Source of the DNA: a virus
Lineage: Duplodnaviria; Caudoviricetes
Direction: 5' to 3' (one strand)
Virus record (IMG/VR): IMGVR_UViG_3300022181_000093
Span: 1 to 43,538 of that record
Length of the DNA: 43,538 nt
The first letter of the stretch is position 1, and every line of letters starts with the position of its first letter. A program made the translations under genes and the position numbers. The notes beneath the pieces are model-generated. The model was given only the letters and a program-made list of their open reading frames with translations, made no database searches and had not been told where the DNA came from. Shown here piece by piece: positions 35,757 through 43,538 of the stretch.

Positions 35757-36043
35757 CCATAACCACGGAAAAGGGGAAAGCCCTGTTGGCCGAGCTGAAG
35801 CGGTGCGTCGACGGTCTGTATCCCCTGGGGGTGTTCCTTGAGGAATTCGAGGAGGACGTTCAGTGGGCCCATTCGGTCCTCGACGACGACGAAGCGGAGA
35901 TCCTGGACGAAGCGGTGTATCTCCTGTCCCTCTACGAACCGGACAAGAAGATCTACGAAGCCGAAAAGCGGCAGGGCGTCCTGAACGACGAGAAGACGAT
36001 CAAGGCCCTGAAGAAGCTCCTTCGGAACGTTGTGGTGGAATAA
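35738..36043 (+). CDS. Putative immunity protein (colicin D immunity-like helical protein)
   Basis: Small, acidic and helical; overlaps the toxin 3' end; ILDE....L..YEPD...LNDE pattern; followed by a terminator. Confidence 0.65.
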   Translation: METRKIAITTEKGKALLAELKRCVDGLYPLGVFLEEFEEDVQWAHSVLDDDEAEILDEAVYLLSLYEPDKKIYEAEKRQGVLNDEKTIKALKKLLRNVVVE

Positions 36044-36058
36044 CCGACAGTGATCCTC

Positions 36059-36083
36059 GCCCCTCTTCCGGAGGGGCTTTTTT
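36059..36083 (+). terminator. Terminator after the immunity gene
   Basis: GCCCCTC-TTCCG-GAGGGGC-TTTTTT. Confidence 0.8.
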
Positions 36084-36105
36084 ATATTCGCAGATACCCC
36101 GCGCC

Positions 36106-36348
36106 GGGCAAATTTGTTATGCCTCCTGCGAGATCGAAGTGGACTCCCTGTCGCAGCCCCAGAAGCAGTACGCCATTCTGCTCCATGAGATCGTCCACGG
36201 GATCTTCACCCATTCGAAGCTCGACGAGACCCTGAACGAAAAGGAAAAGCTGCTGGAGGACGTGGTCGAAATCGTGGCCCACGGGATGCTGGGCGTGATC
36301 AGGGATAACCCGGAGCTGATCCGGGAAATTCAGGAACTCTGGAGGTAA
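36106..36348 (+). pseudogene. 5'-truncated HExxH (ImmA/IrrE-like) metallopeptidase gene
   Basis: GQICY....IEVD.....KQYAILLHEIVHGI...DNPEL; no start codon or RBS between the upstream terminator and this frame. Confidence 0.65.
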
Positions 36349-36349
36349 G

Positions 36350-36376
36350 GCCGCCTTTGAACGGGGCGGCTTTTTT
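36350..36376 (+). terminator. Terminator before the scaffold gene
   Basis: GCCGCC...GGCGGC-TTTTTT. Confidence 0.7.
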
Positions 36377-36428
36377 CTTGCCCCCGGTGTGATGCCGGGG
36401 AGCTTTTTCACCGGGAGGGTGATGTTCC

Positions 36429-37202
36429 ATGGCGCTGAAATTGAAACTTACGGCGGAGGAATGGAAGGGCCTTGAAGAGGGACTCAAGGGGCTCTATGAG
36501 GAAAAGGACGGGACCTATGTCCTTTCGATCGACGGCCTGGAAGACACGTCGGGGCTGAAGTCCGCTCTCGAGAAGGAACGGAAGGCCAGGGCGGAGTTCG
36601 AAAAGGCCGCGAAAAAGTATGAAGGGCTCGGGAAGAGCCCGGAGGAAATTACAGAACTGGTGAAAGCCCAGGAGGAAGCCGAGAAGGCAAAACTCGAACA
36701 GAAGGGCGAGTGGGAGAAGCTCAAGGCCCAGCTCCTTGAAAATCACAAGAAGGAGCTGACAACCCGGGACGAGGCGGTTCAGAAAATGAGGACCACCCTG
36801 GAATCCTACCTCGTGGACGCGGCGGCCACGGAAGCGATTGCTTCGGCGAAGGGGATACCCCAGCTTCTTCTTCCTCACGTGAAGACGTCCGTTAAGGTCG
36901 TCGAGGAAGACGGGAAGTACAACGTCCGCGTGGTCGGTCCCGACGGCGCTCCCCGGATGAACGGCAAGGGGGAGTTTCTCGGCATCAAGGACCTGGTGTC
37001 CGAAATGAAGGAGTCCGACATCTTTGCCCGGGCTTTCGAAGGTTCCGGGACCAGCGGCGGAGGATCTCCCGCCAATCCGTCTCCGGCTCGGGGAGGATCC
37101 TTTGTCCTTTCCCGGGCGGACGCGAAGGATCCGATGAAGTACCGCGCCGCCAGGGAGGCGGCCGCGAAGGCGGGGCAGGAGCTTCAGATCGCCCCGGAGT
37201 AA
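36429..37202 (+). CDS. Capsid scaffolding protein
   Basis: LY.E.DG.YVL...G, GLKSALEKER, coiled coil, Gly-rich GSGTSGGGS; precedes the capsid gene. Confidence 0.85.
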   Translation: MALKLKLTAEEWKGLEEGLKGLYEEKDGTYVLSIDGLEDTSGLKSALEKERKARAEFEKAAKKYEGLGKSPEEITELVKAQEEAEKAKLEQKGEWEKLKAQLLENHKKELTTRDEAVQKMRTTLESYLVDAAATEAIASAKGIPQLLLPHVKTSVKVVEEDGKYNVRVVGPDGAPRMNGKGEFLGIKDLVSEMKESDIFARAFEGSGTSGGGSPANPSPARGGSFVLSRADAKDPMKYRAAREAAAKAGQELQIAPE

Positions 37203-37229
37203 ACCATACATTCAAGGAGGTACACATCC

Positions 37230-38387
37230 ATGGGAAACACTCTCGGTAATTACGATCCCCTGTTCTACGCGCAGGAAGCGCTGATTGCGCTCTACAAGGC
37301 GCTCGGCATGTCCGGTCGCGTCCATCGCGGATACGACCCCAATCCCCAGCAGAAGGGCAGCGTCATAAATATCACCCGTCCCACGAGCTTCGAGGCCACG
37401 GAGGTGAACACCACTACCGGCGGAACGACCCAGGAGCTCGATCCGGAGAACGTGCCCATCGTTCTCGACACGTGGAAGGAGGTCAAGTTCGCCCTCACGG
37501 ACAAGGAACTGACCTTCACGAAGCAGAAGATCATCGACGATCACATCACTCCGGCGGCCTACGCTCTCGCCGATGCCATCGATCTGAGCCTGGTGGGGCT
37601 GTACAAAAAGATTCCCTGGACGGCGAGCATTTCTTCGACTCCCGCTGTAGGTGACATCACGGGAGTGCGGAAGGCCCTGTTCGATCTCAAGGTGCCCATG
37701 AACGACCTTCATTTCATGACCGACGGAGCCGTGGAAGCCGGTCTTCTCGGGCTTGCGGCTTTCGCCACCGCGGAAGGGGCAGGGAACGCGGGGATCGAAA
37801 CCCAGCTTCGGGGGACCCTCGGAACGCGCTACGGGTTCGAGTTCTTCGCGAACCAGAACACTCCTTCCCACACCTCCGGTACGGCAACCGACCTTGCCGG
37901 GGCTCTCAATGCGAACGTCTCCGCCGGAGCCACGTCCTTTGTGGTCAAGTCCCTGACGGCGGAGAGCACTTTCAAGGCGGGGGACGTTCTCAAGATCACC
38001 GGGGATGATCAGCAGTACGTTCTGACGGAGGACGTGACCCTCGGGGCCGCCGAAACCACGGCAACGGTCAGCGTCTTCCCGGCGATCAGGAAAGACGCCC
38101 TGGCGAACGCGGTGGTAACCCTGGTGCTGCCCAGCGGATCGGGAGGAACGAAGAATCAGTGCCTGGCCTTCCATCGGCACGCCTTCGCCCTGGCGATGGC
38201 CCCCCTCTCGGATCTTGGCGGGGAGCTCGGGGCACGGATCGCAACGGTGACCGACCCCATTTCCAATCTGTCGCTCCGGTCCCGCATGTGGTACGACGGG
38301 GACCACTCCAAGGTCAAGGTGTCCCTTGACGCGCTCTGGGGCGTCAAGGTTCTGAACCCGAACCTCGCGGTCCGGGCCATTCAGTAG
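37230..38387 (+). CDS. Major capsid protein (P22 coat-protein-like)
   Basis: KGSVINI..P, I.PA..ALA..ID, G...GFEF...QN, LAFHRHAFALA..PL and D.LWG.K.L.P..AVR motifs. Confidence 0.9.
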   Translation: MGNTLGNYDPLFYAQEALIALYKALGMSGRVHRGYDPNPQQKGSVINITRPTSFEATEVNTTTGGTTQELDPENVPIVLDTWKEVKFALTDKELTFTKQKIIDDHITPAAYALADAIDLSLVGLYKKIPWTASISSTPAVGDITGVRKALFDLKVPMNDLHFMTDGAVEAGLLGLAAFATAEGAGNAGIETQLRGTLGTRYGFEFFANQNTPSHTSGTATDLAGALNANVSAGATSFVVKSLTAESTFKAGDVLKITGDDQQYVLTEDVTLGAAETTATVSVFPAIRKDALANAVVTLVLPSGSGGTKNQCLAFHRHAFALAMAPLSDLGGELGARIATVTDPISNLSLRSRMWYDGDHSKVKVSLDALWGVKVLNPNLAVRAIQ

Positions 38388-38413
38388 GAAGAGGGGCTGA
38401 AAAGCCCCTCTTC
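38388..38413. terminator. Hairpin after the capsid gene
   Basis: GAAGAGGGGCT-GAAA-AGCCCCTCTTC. Confidence 0.7.
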
Positions 38414-38430
38414 TCTATGGAGGTGAAGAC

Positions 38431-38706
38431 ATGGACTACATCAGGATCAAGTTCAAGGACGGGTGGGCCTTGCTTTCGGCGAGGGATTTCGACCTGAAGA
38501 AACATGAGCGGTATGTGGAGCCGGAGAAAGTTCCGGAGCCTGAAGGGGAACTTTCCGACGGAGAGGCCCTGGAAGTTCTGCCCGGTGACGGGGAGAAGGG
38601 TGAAACGCTTCCTCAGGCCGGGGAGGCTGGAGAAGAGCTTATCCCCGAGGAGGTGAATACGGATGCCCCTCGTAGTGGAGGACGGAAGCGGGCTGCCAAA
38701 CGCTGA
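38431..38706 (+). CDS. Small head-associated hypothetical protein
   Basis: GGAGGTG RBS; DFD...HE motif; directly after the capsid gene. Confidence 0.7.
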   Translation: MDYIRIKFKDGWALLSARDFDLKKHERYVEPEKVPEPEGELSDGEALEVLPGDGEKGETLPQAGEAGEELIPEEVNTDAPRSGGRKRAAKR

Positions 38707-39175
38707 CGCCTATGTCTCCCTGGAGGAGTGCGACGACTACCACTCCGCCATGGGAAACGCCGCTTGGATTGCGGACCCGGACGACGGGGAAAATACGGCG
38801 GCCCGGGAGGCGGCAATCCGTCGTGCGACGGTGTTTCTGGACAGCCGGTTCGGCCGGCGATTCCGGGGGCGCCGGGCACGGGGGAATCAAAAACTGCTCT
38901 GGCCCCGGACGGGAGCCTTCGACGAGGACGGATATGAGCTCGACGGAATTCCGGACCCGGTGCGGTATGCGGTCTGCGAAGCGGCCCTCCGGGCCTTTTC
39001 AGGTACGGACCTTCTGCCGGATCTTGAACGGGGCGGCCAGGTCGTACAGGAGACCATCGGCCCCATTTCCACGACCTACGCGGCGGGGGCTCCGGCGGGA
39101 ACACGGTTCTCGATTATCGAGGGGCTGCTTGCCCCGTGCCTGGTCGAAGCCGGAATCCGGGCCGTCAGGGCGTAA
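38663..39175 (+). CDS. Head-tail adaptor (DnaT-like phage family)
   Basis: LVVEDGSG...A..Y, Q.L.WPR, IP..V..A.CE.A and IGPI...Y motifs. Confidence 0.85.
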   Translation: MPLVVEDGSGLPNADAYVSLEECDDYHSAMGNAAWIADPDDGENTAAREAAIRRATVFLDSRFGRRFRGRRARGNQKLLWPRTGAFDEDGYELDGIPDPVRYAVCEAALRAFSGTDLLPDLERGGQVVQETIGPISTTYAAGAPAGTRFSIIEGLLAPCLVEAGIRAVRA

Positions 39176-39188
39176 AGGAGGGAATTGA

Positions 39189-39545
39189 ATGAGCAGATGG
39201 CGGGACACGGCGAACAAGGCCGCCGCGTCCATTCGGAAGGTCGGTGTCGACGTGACGCTGATCCGTCCTGCGGTGGAGGCGACGGGCAGTCCCTGGGATC
39301 CGGCGCCCCGGACGGAGGAGACCTTTCCGGGAAAGGGGCTGATTCTGTCCCACGCGGTCCGGTTCGTGGACGGCGCCCCGGTCAGGACGGGAGATCTGAA
39401 GCTCATGCTTTCGCCGAAGATCGATACCGTCCCTGCCGCAGGGGATCTTCTCGAAGTGAAGGGCACCCGGTACACGGTGCTGGATGTCGCTCCCCTGCAG
39501 CCGGGGGGCGAGGCGCTTTATTACGAGCTGCTGCTGAAGAGGTGA
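39189..39545 (+). CDS. Head-closure/head-tail joining protein
   Basis: Position and size; DG..V..GD and P.PGG....Y motifs. Confidence 0.7.
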   Translation: MSRWRDTANKAAASIRKVGVDVTLIRPAVEATGSPWDPAPRTEETFPGKGLILSHAVRFVDGAPVRTGDLKLMLSPKIDTVPAAGDLLEVKGTRYTVLDVAPLQPGGEALYYELLLKR

Positions 39546-39551
39546 TGTCCC

Positions 39552-39974
39552 GTGGCCGATGCGAAGCGGTTCACCCTGGAGCTCCGGGAGTGGGGGAAGA
39601 AGCTCACGACGGAGCAGGCTCCGCTGTTTGTCCGGAAGATCGCCCTGGATCTTCTCCGGAAGGTGACGCTGAAAAGCCCTGTGGATACGGGGCGCTTCCG
39701 GGCGAACTGGATGACGGGGATCGGCGCCGCCGACGAGAGCACCATCGACGAGCCGACCGCCAAGCGGGGAAAAAGAAAGTACAAAAACGACGCGGTTTCC
39801 CGGGGAAGCCGGGTGCTCGGCGGCTACCGTGACGTCGCGCAGGGGGCGGTGCACGTTTCGAACAACCTCCCTTATGCGTCTCCTCTGGAGAACGGTCATT
39901 CCGGCCAGGCGCCCCTGGGTATTCTCGGGATCTCCGTGGAGGAGATCAACGCGGCGCTGAAGAGGAAGAGGTGA
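39552..39974 (+). CDS. HK97 gp10-like neck protein
   Basis: SPVDTGRFRANW and NNLPYA..LE.GHS.QAP.G motifs. Confidence 0.88.
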   Translation: MADAKRFTLELREWGKKLTTEQAPLFVRKIALDLLRKVTLKSPVDTGRFRANWMTGIGAADESTIDEPTAKRGKRKYKNDAVSRGSRVLGGYRDVAQGAVHVSNNLPYASPLENGHSGQAPLGILGISVEEINAALKRKR

Positions 39975-39978
39975 GGCC

Positions 39979-40401
39979 GTGTCGTATCAGCAGTGTTTCG
40001 AGCGGCTGGCAAACCATTTTCTCAATCGGTGGGAGCTCCGGAACAGCGACGTTCCCGTGGCCTGGGGGAATACGCCCTTTACTCCACCCGCTCCACCCTC
40101 CCCATGGGTGCGGTTCTCGGTCATTCCCGGGGAGGCGGACTATATCTCCGCAGGGGCTCCGGGGCGGAACGTCGTTCGCCATGCGGGGCTGATAACGGTA
40201 CAGGTCTTCGTTCCCCTCGGGGACGGAGACGGAAGGCTTTGCAGCCTAGTGGACGACGTTATCCCCATATTCCAGGGAGAGCGGGTGGGAGAAAACGTCT
40301 GGTGCGGCGCGGCCTATGCGGTGGCCCTGGGGGAGAGCCTTTCCCCGGGCTGGCTCCAGGCGAATGTGAACGTCCCGTTCCACCGGGACGAGATTGGATA
40401 A
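39979..40401 (+). CDS. Tail terminator protein (DUF4128-like)
   Basis: VAW.N..F.PP...WVR, G...VQVF.P.G.G, W.Q..V.VPF. Confidence 0.8.
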   Translation: MSYQQCFERLANHFLNRWELRNSDVPVAWGNTPFTPPAPPSPWVRFSVIPGEADYISAGAPGRNVVRHAGLITVQVFVPLGDGDGRLCSLVDDVIPIFQGERVGENVWCGAAYAVALGESLSPGWLQANVNVPFHRDEIG

Positions 40402-40413
40402 GGAGGTGCGGCT

Positions 40414-41346
40414 ATGGGACTTATAAGCGCGAGCATAGAACAGCTTGCCATGGTAGCAGAGACCACGTGGGGCGGAATCCCTACGAGCCCGGTATTTCAG
40501 AAAATGCGCTTTGTGCCCCCCGCCACGTTCAACGGTGCGGTTGAGAGCATCAAGTCCGGAGAAAAACGGGCCGACCGCAATCCTACAGATTCCATCAAGG
40601 TTGGGAGCGGAGCGACGGGATCACTCAACTTCGAGCTTTCCTATGGGACGTATGATGCGCTTTTAGCGGCGGCCCTTTGCAACGATTGGAATGGAGCCGT
40701 TCTGAAAAACGGCGTGGAAATGAAGTCCTTCGCCTTCGAGCGAAAGATTCCGACCGGAGTGAGTTCGGCTGACTATTACCGTTATACGGGCCTTCGGGTG
40801 AACGGGTTCAACCTGTCGTGCCGTGCGAAGGAAATCGTGACGGGCGGATTTGAGTTCATTGGAAAGTCGGAGATATATGCGGATGCCATCGTGTCCGGCG
40901 CGACCTACACCGATCCCACCGTCACGGACGTTATCAACGCGGGGAGCGATTTTGCAAGCCTCAATCTTGGAGGCATCTCCGGAGCCCATATTCTCTCCCT
41001 CGACATGAGCGTGGACAACGGGCTCGCGTCCCATTATGCGGTGGGATCGCTTGACCCCCTCGGCGTGACCTTCGGTGACTTTGCCGTGAGCGGGAACATG
41101 GAGGTCTACTACGAGAGCAAGGACGTGTACAAGAAATTCCTTGATGGTGACGCTCTCGCCCTTTCCTTCGTCCTCGGATCGGTGACGGAACAGAAATACC
41201 TCTTTGATGTTCCCCGGCTGAAGTTCACCACGGGAGACATGCCCCTCGGCGGCGGGGACGAGCCCATCAAGATCACCCTCGGGTGGGAGGGGCTCTATGA
41301 TTCCGTGTCCGAATGTGCCCTGAAAATCACGAAAGGAGTGGCGTGA
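40414..41346 (+). CDS. Major tail tube protein
   Basis: E.TWG..P, S.E.R.DR, FELSY, ..G..V, VSG....Y and Y.F..P..K motifs; precedes the tail chaperones. Confidence 0.85.
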   Translation: MGLISASIEQLAMVAETTWGGIPTSPVFQKMRFVPPATFNGAVESIKSGEKRADRNPTDSIKVGSGATGSLNFELSYGTYDALLAAALCNDWNGAVLKNGVEMKSFAFERKIPTGVSSADYYRYTGLRVNGFNLSCRAKEIVTGGFEFIGKSEIYADAIVSGATYTDPTVTDVINAGSDFASLNLGGISGAHILSLDMSVDNGLASHYAVGSLDPLGVTFGDFAVSGNMEVYYESKDVYKKFLDGDALALSFVLGSVTEQKYLFDVPRLKFTTGDMPLGGGDEPIKITLGWEGLYDSVSECALKITKGVA

Positions 41347-41348
41347 GA

Positions 41349-41753
41349 ATGACGAATCTCTATAAGCTTTATAAAACGGACCCTGTTCTGGAACGCGAAG
41401 GAGTTGATTTTAGGTTTGACGATGCTATTTTGCGCATTGCAAGGGCAGGGGGAGCCAATACGAAATTTGTCCGTGCTTTGGCGGAGAAAACAAAACACCT
41501 GAGGCGGGCCATAGAGCTTGATGCACTAGATGATTCCGAAGGGACACAAATCCTGAGAGAAGTTTTCGTGGACACCATACTGGTCGGGTGGGAAGGGGTA
41601 AAGGATGAAGAAGGAAATCCTCTGGAATTTACTCGCGACAATTCCATCAAGTTGTTAACGGACCTTCCTGATCTTATGAAAGATCTTCAACAGTTCGCCA
41701 GTTCCATCGCAAATTATCGAAGGGAAAGGGTTAATGATGCCATAAAAAACTGA
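41349..41753 (+). CDS. Tail assembly chaperone (gpG-like)
   Basis: E..GV, RIARAG..N and L.GWEGV.DE.G..L.F motifs; ends on the slippery A-AAA-AAC. Confidence 0.85.
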   Translation: MTNLYKLYKTDPVLEREGVDFRFDDAILRIARAGGANTKFVRALAEKTKHLRRAIELDALDDSEGTQILREVFVDTILVGWEGVKDEEGNPLEFTRDNSIKLLTDLPDLMKDLQQFASSIANYRRERVNDAIKN

Positions 41754-42091
41754 CGGAGGCTCTCCGCTGGTATTTGCAGTGGGGGGCTTCCCTCTCCGCC
41801 CTTGAGGACCTGGCCCTGAAGGGGCACCGTATCAGCGCCCTCGACGGGAGACCGGAGGTGAAAATTCAAAATCTATTTTTCTGGAACGCCTTCTCTCTCC
41901 TCACCGGCTCCCGGGACGCTGGTTTTTCCCTGGGGTACATTCCCCTCTCGGAGATCGAGGCCTTCTGCCGTTTGGCGGGGATAGAGGACGTGGAGGAACG
42001 AATGGAGTTCGTCTCCGTCATTCAGGCCATGGACCGGGAGTTCGTTGAATATCACAGGAAGAAGGGAGGGACGAAGAATGCCCGTGCTTGA
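41744..42091 (+). CDS. gpT-like extension reached by -1 programmed frameshift
   Basis: Heptamer A AAA AAC at 41744-41750 before TGA; the -1 frame is open (LTEALRWYLQW...IPLSEI...MD..F) to 42091 and has no RBS of its own. Confidence 0.8.
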   Translation, partial: KKLTEALRWYLQWGASLSALEDLALKGHRISALDGRPEVKIQNLFFWNAFSLLTGSRDAGFSLGYIPLSEIEAFCRLAGIEDVEERMEFVSVIQAMDREFVEYHRKKGGTKNARA

Positions 42092-43436
42092 GGCGGTTAT
42101 TGACCCGTCGGGTGCCGTGAGCGGAGCCCGGGTGGTGAGCCGGAGCCTTGATCAAATCGGAAACGCGGCCCAGCAGATGGAGGGAACGCTGAAAGGGGCC
42201 GTGGGGATGCTGAAGGGGCTCCTGCTGTCGGTAGCCGCAGGCCTCGGAATCAAGGAAATGTCCTCCGGTTTCCTGCAGTCCGCCGTTTCCATCCAAAACT
42301 ATCAGACCTCCCTGAGCGCCGTTGTGGAGAGCGCGGAAGAAGCGAAAAAGACGTTTGCGGACATCAACCAATGGGCCGCCCTGAATCCGGTGAATACTGA
42401 CGACGCGATCAATGCCTTCGTCATGCTCAAAACGGCGGCAGTGGACAACACCAAGGAGGCCGTCATGGCGGCGGCAGACCTTGCCGTGGTAACCCGGGCC
42501 TCCATTACGGATGTGTCGTCGGCCATCATTTCCCAGAACGCAATCCAGCTCAGGCGGTTGGGGATTCAGATCGACCGGACGGGAAAAGAGGCGATCATCC
42601 GGTCCGGAAAAGTCCGTCTCGCCGTGGAAAACGACGTGGACGCGATCCGGGCCGGAATCGTGAAGGTCATACAGCAAAATTACGGCGGGATGATGCAGAA
42701 GGCGGGGGATAACTGGTCTGCCGTAATCGACACCATGAGCGGCATGTGGGACGTGTTCAAGCAGAAGGTAATGGGCGAGGCCGGAACGGGCGGTCCCTTC
42801 GACGTGCTTCTCCAGGCGGTGCAGAACGTCAGGAACAAGTGGGATGAGTGGATGAGAAGCCCCGACTACGGTAAGGCGGTGGCGGGGATCCAGAGCATCG
42901 TTACCCCTGTCCTCAAAGGCCTGGTTGGGGTTCTTGAGGGAGTGGGCAGCGCAGCCGGGTTTCTCGCGGAGCATATCGGAACGCTGACGGCCGCCTTTGT
43001 CGTTTTCGCCGGGGTGAAAGGTGTAGGAATGGCGACAGCGGCCCTTACTTACTTTCAGAAGCAATGGCTTCTCGGCACGAACCTCGTGGCAGGGGCTACC
43101 TCAATGGTCGCGAAAATGGGGAATGCCTTCACGGCATTCAAGGCGGCTCCCGGATATATCAACGGAATCGGTGCTGCGTTGACCGCCCTTGGGCTGACTC
43201 CTGGCGGGATGGTCCTGACGGCGATCGCCGGTCTCGTTGTGGTGGCCCAGACCCTTGACGATACTTTTGAAAAGGCCAATAAGGGGCTCGTGAAGTTCAA
43301 CACGGAGCTGAAGTCCGTGGACACGGACAAGCTCAAAAAAGTGGTGGACAACGCTCGCGGGATAATGGGCGGCTGGCGGGAGAGTGCGGAACTTGAGACC
43401 CGCAAAGTAAGAAACTCAACTTTCGCAGGACCTTGA
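42078..43436 (+). pseudogene. Tail tape measure protein, truncated by IS insertion at about 43414
   Basis: Ala/Gly-rich helical protein after the chaperones. Its last codons (NSTFAGP*) are read from the IS inverted repeat. Confidence 0.85.
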
Positions 43437-43538
43437 CAGCCTAAAAACCGTTGAAATGACTGGATAAAAATGACAGGAAGGCCCCTGTTTTGTAAAATTG
43501 TAGTCGCGAGATAACAAAACTACAAAAAGGAGGCCTTC
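43413..43538 (+). mobile_element. Left end of an insertion sequence: inverted repeat, promoter and RBS of the (off-window) transposase
   Basis: AACTCAACTTTCGCAGGACCTTGA matches 104-127 inverted; ATGACA-17-TAAAAT (43470-43498); AAGGAGG at the window end, inside a GAAGGCC/GGCCTTC inverted repeat. Confidence 0.78.

Larger units (their letters stand above)
4170..43414. mobile_element. Siphovirus-like prophage (left att to IS-interrupted tape measure gene); remainder outside the window
   Basis: att core, cI/cro switch, recombination/replication genes, terminase, portal, capsid, tail tube, tail chaperones and tape measure in canonical order. Including the 4.3-17 kb cargo is inferred from the att position. 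Confidence 0.85.

Noticed and set aside
29852-38306. Long minus-strand ORFs opposite the structural genes (e.g. 29852-31867, 34260-35681, 37212-38306)
   Set aside because: Shadow frames typical of GC-rich coding DNA; no motifs or RBS, and the + strand genes are clearly identifiable.
104-43436. Window is a circular element carrying one IS copy
   Set aside because: No target-site duplication is shared by the two flanks, and the join would fuse a tape-measure gene to a CRISPR repeat. Two insertions are simpler, though an IS-mediated deletion circle cannot be excluded without reads.

Overview
The window runs from one insertion-sequence (IS) end to another. Positions 1-127 hold the 3' end of a transposase-like ORF plus a terminal inverted repeat (IR). 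Positions 43413-43538 hold the matching opposite IR, a promoter and an RBS. Between them are four blocks. (1) A type I-E-like CRISPR array of 57 repeats and 56 spacers (136-3580), with no leader or cas genes in view. (2) A small excisionase-bearing island remnant. (3) A tRNA-Val 3'-end att core at 4170-4186. (4) A roughly 39 kb siphovirus-like prophage. The prophage left arm is about 13 kb of minus-strand cargo: a TcmP/DUF5131 pair, a membrane EAL protein, a complete type I R-M system (hsdM-S-R) and membrane/secreted orphans. A cI/cro switch with three operators follows. The early operon is interrupted by reverse-oriented NYN and Fic genes and three Arc-like RHH genes, and continues through recombination/replication genes, a late activator and HicAB. 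The late region has a ParB-methyltransferase, terminase, portal, a MuF protein with a C-terminal toxin plus immunity gene, and head and tail genes. It ends in a tape-measure gene truncated by the IS, so the prophage is probably defective. The best candidates for undescribed systems are an NYN RNase behind a promoter-structured RNA-U-tract leader (possible RNA-antitoxin TA/Abi), the TcmP-DUF5131 pair beside the R-M system, and the MuF toxin/immunity cassette. All calls come from reading motifs by eye; no database search was run.
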